A stretch of DNA of 64,000 bases from Eledone cirrhosa (Eukaryota), in the NCBI GenBank assembly GCA_964016885.1, contig OZ024752.1:39122001-39186000 (forward strand), in the 5' to 3' direction. The translations under genes were made by a program, and so were the position numbers. Below are positions 55,237-64,000 of this stretch, piece after piece (position 1 is the first letter of the stretch; each line of letters opens with the position of its first letter). The notes under the pieces are model-generated. The model was given only the letters and a program-made list of their open reading frames with translations. It did not search any database and was not told the DNA's origin.

Positions 55237-57540
55237 AATATATATAAATATATATGATATTAAACAAATGGAAACTATATTTATTTCATTATACATATTT
55301 CGAGGATACCATATTAAAAATATGGCATGCCTTCTTCAGATAAAATACAATATATAAGCAGTTTTATAAATAATTTTGACGTACCATAAATATTGATCAA
55401 CTTTTATGTAAGAAGTTGGTTTGGTAGTGAGATGTTTATAAATATTTAGTGTTAAGCACAGTTAAAAAGAAAGACGGAGAAAAAGAAGAAGAAGAAGAAA
55501 AAGAAATTTATGTAAAGAAAAACAGAGAAATAGAGAGAGATAGGGGAGAGAGAAATAGTGAGGAGGTGAAAAAAAGAGAGGCAGCTGAGGCAACAGATGA
55601 ATAATAATAATTCATCATACAAATTGAGAGATTTAGGAGGGAGGGAGTACTGTAATTATTTAGTTATAGTGTTAAGGAGATGGAGAGAAATAAAAAATAA
55701 AGAGAAAACAGAGAGATAGATAAAGATAGAGGTGGGGGGAAAAAGAGGTAGACCAAATAATAATAATTATATGGGGAGGTGAGAGAAATAGGGGAGAAGT
55801 AAGAGAGAAAACAAGAGAGAGGCTCGAGAGGCAAAGTTAAAATAACCGATACTTAAATTTCATCATGTATAAAGAGGGAGGAGAAGAAAGAAAGAGCTAT
55901 ATCTAGAGAGAAGGATGATAGATTTACATCTTTACGTTATGTCCTATCAATTTGAATTATCAATTCATATGAATTGGGTATTATAATGTAAATATCAATA
56001 TTCATGAATGAGACATAGATATATAATGTGTGAAAAATAATGACCATATGTTTAGTTTAAAATTCTGAGGTCGATGTACCAAAAACTGAGATAAAACTTC
56101 AAAAAATACGGAAATACATAAGTATATATGTACTTTCCGGAAAAGGAAAGAAAGAAAAAGAGAAGGTCATCTCAAGTTCTAGTTGACACTATAGGCATAC
56201 CCGTGATCTTACGTGATCAACTCTGTAATTTCTTGTTTCACAGAAAGAAAAAAAATTTTCCCTTGTGTTATAAAAGATTTTATTATATATATATATATAC
56301 ATAAAAATATATATATGTATGTCTGAGTGTGTGTGTGTGAGTGGTTGTATATATACATGTGTATGTGTGTGTATATATATATATATATATATACGTTATT
56401 CCGGGTTGAATCGGAGGTAACCACAGTAAGTAAGGTACTCAATACATAGCAGAGTATAAAAGTTTTAATATAGATGAGATTCTAGTCCTGTAGAATCTCA
56501 TCTATATATATATATATATATATAGATGTATATATATATATGTATGGGTATATGTTTTACTTATTTTTATGCGTGTGCATACAAACAGGTCAATATGCGT
56601 GAGTGTAAGTATGTGTATGTGTATGTATGTACGTATCGAACGTATGGATGTGTAAATGTGCGTGTGTATATAAACATGTATAATTTTATGTCTCTCTTTT
56701 ATGTTTTTTTATGTTTCTTTTGTGAAACATGCGTGTCTGTGTATGTATGTACCCCCCCCCCCTTTTTGTCTTCTTTTCTTGAGTTTTTTCCTTCTAAAAA
56801 TTTTTTATTTCTAATTTATTGATACATTTTTATAAGTATGTTGAGATTGACACTTTCCTTTAATTACTATACTCCCTTACCTCTTTTACTTCTGCATCTA
56901 AATGTAAGTGTGTGTGGGCGTGTTTATGTGAGCGCCTCAATACTCATATACTTATGATGTATCTATTCCGTCTGTTGATTACAGACATACAGATACATTA
57001 GCCCTAAATTTTAGATTTACACACACTTTTTCACTATACGTATACATATGAGCATACACATATATGCACATCTGTGAGCGTATTTACATACATATACACA
57101 CACCTAACTATATTTTCTTGATGAATTTCAATCTCTATTTCATTGGTCTATTCAAAATCTGTTCCCAAACAGACCTATTGTATTGAATTGTTGTTATTAT
57201 CAATAAACAACCATCATTATTTCTGAAGACAGCATATATATGTGAAGGTATGTATATTCCCTCTGATAGTTTGTATAATTTGTACATAGATCTTTTGAAT
57301 ATGCATACCAATTCTAACACATATATGTCCTAGAAACGATCGTAAATTAATGAACTTTTTTTGTTTAATATAAGGAACTGTTTCTTTGTTTATTCATTAT
57401 TTTTTTAATAATTTATCTTGACTCTGTTTTCCGTTTATCTTTCACCGAAAGTGGTTTTTGAATGCATCTCTTCTTTTCATGATATCCGGATTACATTGAG
57501 TTCTTCATACGGATTGGACACTACCGTAAACTTTTGGTAG

Positions 57541-57664
57541 ATTTATCTATATATATAGATATAAATATATATATAAATATATATATATAAATATATATAT
57601 ATAAATATATATATATAAATATATATATATAAATATATATATATATAAATATATATAAATAAAT

Positions 57665-57712
<48 letters not shown>

Positions 57713-57713
57713 T

Positions 57714-57776
<63 letters not shown>

Positions 57777-58201
57777 TTATATATATAAATATATAAATAT
57801 ATATATAAATATATATATAAATATATATATAAATTTATATATAAATATATAAATATATATATAAATATATATATAAATATATATAAATATATATATAAAT
57901 ATATATATAAATATATATATAAATATATATAAATATATATATAAATATATATAAATATATATATAAATATATATATAAATATATATATAAATATATATAT
58001 AAATATATATATAAATATATATATAAATATATATATAAATATATATATATAAATATATATATAAATATATATATAAATATATATATATAAATATATATAT
58101 AAATATATATATAAATATATATATAAATATAAATATATAAATATATATATATAAATATATAAATATATATATATAAATATATAAATATAAATATATATAT
58201 A

Positions 58202-58235
<34 letters not shown>

Positions 58236-58236
58236 G

Positions 58237-58321
<85 letters not shown>

Positions 58322-58785
58322 TATATATATAAATATATAAATATATATATATAAATATATAAATATATAAATATAAATATATAAATATATATATATAAAT
58401 ATATAAATATATATATATATATATAAATATATATATATATAAATATATATATAAATATATATATATATAAATATATATATAAATATATATATATATAAAT
58501 ATATATATATATAAATATATATATAAATATATATATAAATATATATATATAAATATATATATAAATATATATATAAATATATATATAAATATATATATAA
58601 ATATATATATAAATATATATATACATATATATATACATATATATATACATATATATATACATATATATATACATATATATATACATATATATATAAATAT
58701 ATATATAAATATAAATATATATATAAATATAAATATATATATAAATATAAATATATATATAAATATATATATAAATATATATATA

Positions 58786-58849
<64 letters not shown>

Positions 58850-59134
58850 AATATATATAAATATATATATATATAAATATATATAAATATATATATATAT
58901 AAATATATATATAAATATATATATAAATATATATATAAATATATATATATATAAATATATATATATATAAATATATATATAAATATATATATAAATATAT
59001 ATATAAATATATATATATATAAATATATATATATATAAATATATATATAAATATATATATAAATATATATATATATAAATATATATATATATAAATATAT
59101 ATATAAATATATATATATATAAATATGTATATAA

Positions 59135-59171
<37 letters not shown>

Positions 59172-59930
59172 AATATATATATAAATATATATATAAATAT
59201 ATATATATAAATATATATATAAATATATATATAAATATATATATATATATAAATATATATATAAATAAATATATATATATATAAATATATATATAAATAT
59301 ATATATAAATATATATATAAATATATATATAAATATATATATAAATATATAAATATATATATAAATATATAAATATATATATAAATATATAAATATATAA
59401 ATATATATATAAATATATAAATATATATATAAATATATATATAAATATATATATAAATATATAAATATATATATAAATATATATATAAATAAATATATAT
59501 ATAAATATATAAATATATAAATAAATATATATATAAATATATAAATATATATATATATAAATATATAAATATATATATAAATATATAAATATATATATAT
59601 ATAAATATATAAATATATATATAAATATATAAATATATATATATATAAATATATATATAAATATATATATAAATATATAAATATATATATATATAAATAT
59701 ATAAATATATATATAAATATATATAAATATATATAAATATATATAAATATATATATATATAAATATTTATAAATATATATATATATAAATATATATAAAT
59801 ATATATATATATAAATATATATATATATAAATATATATAAATATATATATATATAAATATATATAAATATATATATATATAAATATATATAAATATATAT
59901 ATAAATATATATAAATATATATATATATAA

Positions 59931-59965
<35 letters not shown>

Positions 59966-59969
59966 AATA
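57541..59969. repeat. 2.4-kb (TA)n/(TAAATATATA)n array
   Basis: Seen directly. Confidence 0.97.
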
Positions 59970-60891
59970 TGCTAAACCCATGGCCTCCAAATACCTGATA
60001 CTCAAAAACTCAGCAATGTCCAGTAGTGCTAAGTTTAATATTCTGATCGCAGATTTGGTACGAGTGATGAAGAATGTGTCCAGCATGTGCGACCCAACAG
60101 AAATGGAAGGACACATCCAACACTTCATCAACCGCATGCAGTTCTCTGGCTACAACCAAAGAGACAGAGTCAGAGTATACGAAGGAGCCATGGAAAAGTA
60201 TAAGACCCTCATAGAACTGGACATGAAAGGAATTTGCCCACTATACAGGAGCAAATCATGGAATAGCTTAGATAGGGCTAGACATAAGATAGGGAAGGCC
60301 ACATCATGGTACGACAACCAGAGATATCAGAGTGTCATGTTTGTGGACGCCACCCCTGGAGGGAAATTAGCTAACCAGTGTAGAAAGGCCCTGAGAAAGA
60401 CCCACTTAAAAATAAAGGTGGTAGAAAAGCCAGGAACCACCATAAAATCCCTGATCAGCAAAACCTACCCTTTTAAGAAAACCCACTGTACCAATAGGAA
60501 ATGTATCATATGTAAGGTGAACCCCCGGATAAACTGTAAAACTAGAAACGTAGTCTATAGCATAAGATGTACAGAGGGTACTTGCAGAAACACGACAACA
60601 ACATACATAGGTGAGACAGCTCGTAGCATAGGTGAAAGGATAGACCAACACTGGGGGGAACTAAAAGGACGAAAAAACGGGTCAGTACTATACGAACATG
60701 CTAGACAACAACATGACGGTAACATAGACAACATAGAAATTAGAATAATATCTAAACATAGGAATGACCCAACAGATAGGCAAATCAGAGAGGCCAGTGA
60801 AATAGAAATTAGAAGACCAAAGCTAAACAGAAAGAATGAGTGGAACAACAACAACACCCAAACAAACAACACTGACCTAAGAGAAGTATAA
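59968..60891 (+). mobile_element. 5'-truncated Penelope-like element: RT thumb, Cys linker and GIY-YIG endonuclease
   Basis: Open frame YAKPMASKY...VMFVDATP...CTNRKCIIC...CKTRNVVYSIRC...YIGETARSIGERIDQH...RQIREASEI...PKLN; starts directly in (TA)n. Confidence 0.92.
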
Positions 60892-61163
60892 ATAAATAAG
60901 TAAATTAAATTAAATAAAATAAGATAAATAAATACATACACAAGCACATAAACACACACTAGTCACCCAGCAGACACAACACTATACACACTAGTCACAC
61001 ATCACACATAACACTATACACACACGCAAACGCATGCGCAAAGAAGACAAAATAAAATAAGATAAACAAACAAGCAAATAAATAAATAAATATATAGACA
61101 GACTGAACACAAAAAAAATGGCGTAGACATACAACACAACAGGAGGAACAATGAATATAACAC

Positions 61164-61201
61164 CACTGACGATGTTGCAGATGTGCAACGAAAGATTTAT
61201 G
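61164..61201 (+). ncRNA. Minimal hammerhead motif in the Penelope pseudo-LTR
   Basis: CA-CUGACGA-U-GUUGCA gaug UGCAAC-GAA-AGAUUU-A-UG; perfect 6-bp stem II, near-palindromic stem III. Confidence 0.6.
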
Positions 61202-61397
61202 TAAATTATGTAAACTATATATATATGTGTTTGTCTATATTGTATCTGTATTATTTTTGACCGCCGGTCAGTCAATGGCAACATTGAGGACCGAGTAAGT
61301 TAGATCGCAGATATATATATATAAAAGACAGCGAGAAGCGAAAACCAACCAAACAGTGAGTGTGTTCTGTTATTAATTCTGGCAATATTACGCAAAT

Positions 61398-62276
61398 ATG
61401 ACCCTCCCCAAATATAACAATATCTGTTTCGACACACGATTTCATATAAAAAACCTCGCAAAACTAATTCATCGCCGCTATGGCATTAGCTTGTGCCAAG
61501 CTGAAAGGTTATTGAAAGACACTGTTTTCTGTTATATAAAAACTACAATAACAACAGAACAAATCCGCTTCTTAAAACACTGTGTTTCCTCCAAAACATA
61601 CACAACAAACATATCAAAACAAGTAAATAATTTATTATTGAACAAAACACAAGCTGAACGGCTAAAACACACAATAACAGTTAATATGAAAAGAACAACA
61701 TACACAAAAGTCAACGCACTCTACAGACAAAAACGCATCAACGGTAAGGAAATCCGAAATCTCATCACAGCAAACGAGAGAGATGACTTCATGAGCGTCA
61801 TCCGACGCGAAACGAAATATGCTCAAAACGAATGCTGTAGGCATTTCAAGAAGAAATTAGAATGGATGAATAAGATAAAACTACAAGAAAGGAAAATCGA
61901 ATATTCTCAAAAATACCCAGATAACATCGACAACATCCGTATGAGTGATGTAAAACTACCGGAAGAATTTACCAATGACCACACAGTAAATATCTATGGG
62001 AACACTTTAATCAGTGAACAAGAACAACAAATCCTAAAGTTACCACCAAAATTTGCCATCTACAAAAAGATTAACCCTATGGAATGCAAAACGGAGCTGG
62101 AAAAGTGTTTCACAAAAATACGTTGGAATGCAAAGGTAAACAACAACAACAATAATAACGGTAGTAGTAATATAAACAATAACTCTGGGTATAGAAATAA
62201 CAGCCATAACCATAACAATGGCAGGAAAGTGAGAAATAGTGATAATAGTAATAATACTAGCGATAGACAGAACAAC
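61398..62276 (+). mobile_element. N-terminal part of a second, tandem Penelope-like ORF (cut by the assembly gap)
   Basis: Open frame MTLPKYNNI...IRFLKHC...NIYGNTLISEQEQQILKLPPKFAI (PLE N-terminal LS..E..L..G/PPKF-type motif); follows the pseudo-LTR of the upstream copy. Confidence 0.8.
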
Positions 62277-62476
62277 NNNNNNNNNNNNNNNNNNNNNNNN
62301 NNNNNNNNNNNNNNNNNNNNNNNNNNNNNNNNNNNNNNNNNNNNNNNNNNNNNNNNNNNNNNNNNNNNNNNNNNNNNNNNNNNNNNNNNNNNNNNNNNNN
62401 NNNNNNNNNNNNNNNNNNNNNNNNNNNNNNNNNNNNNNNNNNNNNNNNNNNNNNNNNNNNNNNNNNNNNNNNNNNN
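62277..62476. other. Assembly gap (200 N)
   Basis: N run. Confidence 1.
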
Positions 62477-63019
62477 AATGTTTTATGTATATTTTAAAGC
62501 TAAATACAGATATAGTTATTGAGGACTAATGGAATGGAATAAAGTATGAATGTCAGGTTCAAATCCCGCCAATATTTGACAATGGATATCGAAAATATCA
62601 CCTTGGTGTGAAAGACTAAAAAACTATAATGACATCTACTGATAATAGGGAACAATGTTTGTAAATAAATGGAAACATCAGCCCGAAAGCAGACATTCGA
62701 ATATTAAAGGACATACAACTGCTGAACTGGGCATAATTTTGGTTAGAACTGGGCATCCCATAAGATGGTCATCCTGGTGACATAAGAAAAAAGCACCCAG
62801 TCCATCATGTAACATGGATGTGCTGGTGACACCAAAAAGGTATCCAGTCTGCCCTGTAAGATGGTTGTGCTGGTGACATGATGAAAAAGCACTAAGTCCA
62901 ACCGGTTAGATGACCTTTCTGGTGCCACAATAAAAGCACCCAGTCCACACTGTAACGGGTTTGGCCTTAGAAAGATCATCCAGATGTAGAAACCAAACCA
63001 AAATACAAATACAAGACAT

Positions 63020-64000
63020 GGTCACTTTATACAATAAACTACTGGATGTTGTAGGTAACAGTTTGGTCTTTCACACACTCCACCTTATACAATAAACTAC
63101 TGGATATTGGAGGAAACAGTGTGATATTTCACACATTCCACCTTATACAATAAACTACTGGATATTGGAGGAAGCAGTGTGATATTTCACACATTCCACC
63201 TTATACAATAAACTACTGGATGCTGGGGGAAACAGTGTGATATTTCATACACTCCACCTTATACAATAAACTACTGGATGTTGGAGAAAACAGTGTGATA
63301 TTTCACACATTCCACCTTATACAATAAACTACTGGATGTTGGAGGAAACAGTGTGATATTTCATACACTCCACCTTATACAATAAACTACTGCATATTGG
63401 AGGAAGCAGTGTGATATTTCACACATTCCACCTGATACAATAAACTACTGGATGTTGGAGGAAGCAGTGTGATATTTCACACATTCCACCTTATACAATA
63501 AACTACTGGATGTTGGAGGAAACACTGTGATATTTCACACACTCCACCTTATACAATAAACTACTAGATATTGGAAGAAGCAGTGTGATATTTCACACAT
63601 TCCACCTTATACAATAAACTACTAGATATTGGAAGAAGCAGTGTGATATTTCACACATTCCACCTTATACAATAAACTACTGGATGTTGGAAGAAACAGT
63701 GTGATATTTCACACATTCCACCTTATACAATAAACTATTGGATGTTGGAGGAAACAGTGTGATATTTCACACATTCCACCTCATACAATAAACTACTGGA
63801 TATTGGAGGAAACAGTGTGATATTTCACACATTCTACCTTATACAATAAACTACTGGATGTTGGAGGAAGCAGTGTGATATTTCATACACTCCACCTTAT
63901 ACAATAAACTACTGGATGTTGGAGGAAACAGTGTGATATTTGACACATTCCACCTTATATAATAAACTACTGGATATTGGAGGAAGCAGTGTGATATTTC
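63020..64000. repeat. 58-bp minisatellite, about 17 copies, running off the window
   Basis: Unit ccaccttatacaataaactactggatgttggaggaaacagtgtgatatttcacacatt. Confidence 0.96.

Overview
AT-rich, repeat-saturated eukaryotic DNA; the SINE, RTE and Penelope repertoire and the (TA)n/(CA)n/(TACA)n density suggest a coleoid cephalopod, most likely an octopus (inference). Most long ORFs in the track are micro- or minisatellite artefacts. The main result is absent from the ORF track: three short + strand exons (19588-19688, 28970-29026, 30887-31004) splice in frame into a 91-aa secreted precursor. It has a signal peptide, KR and KK cleavage sites and a 31-aa calcitonin-type peptide, GCTTNFEHLCSAQEATELAELIRFLQSGEGP-amide (C-x7-C ring, C-terminal Pro-Gly-Arg-Lys). 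A candidate TATA promoter and 5'UTR exon lie upstream. The rest is decayed retroelements (Penelope-like, CRE-like, R4/Dong-like, RTE, CR1), two SINE families, several MITEs and many TE-derived minisatellites. Several Penelope-associated hammerhead ribozyme motifs are present, two with a compensatory U3:A8 core. There is a 200-N gap at 62277-62476. No CRISPR, rRNA or true tRNA genes were found.
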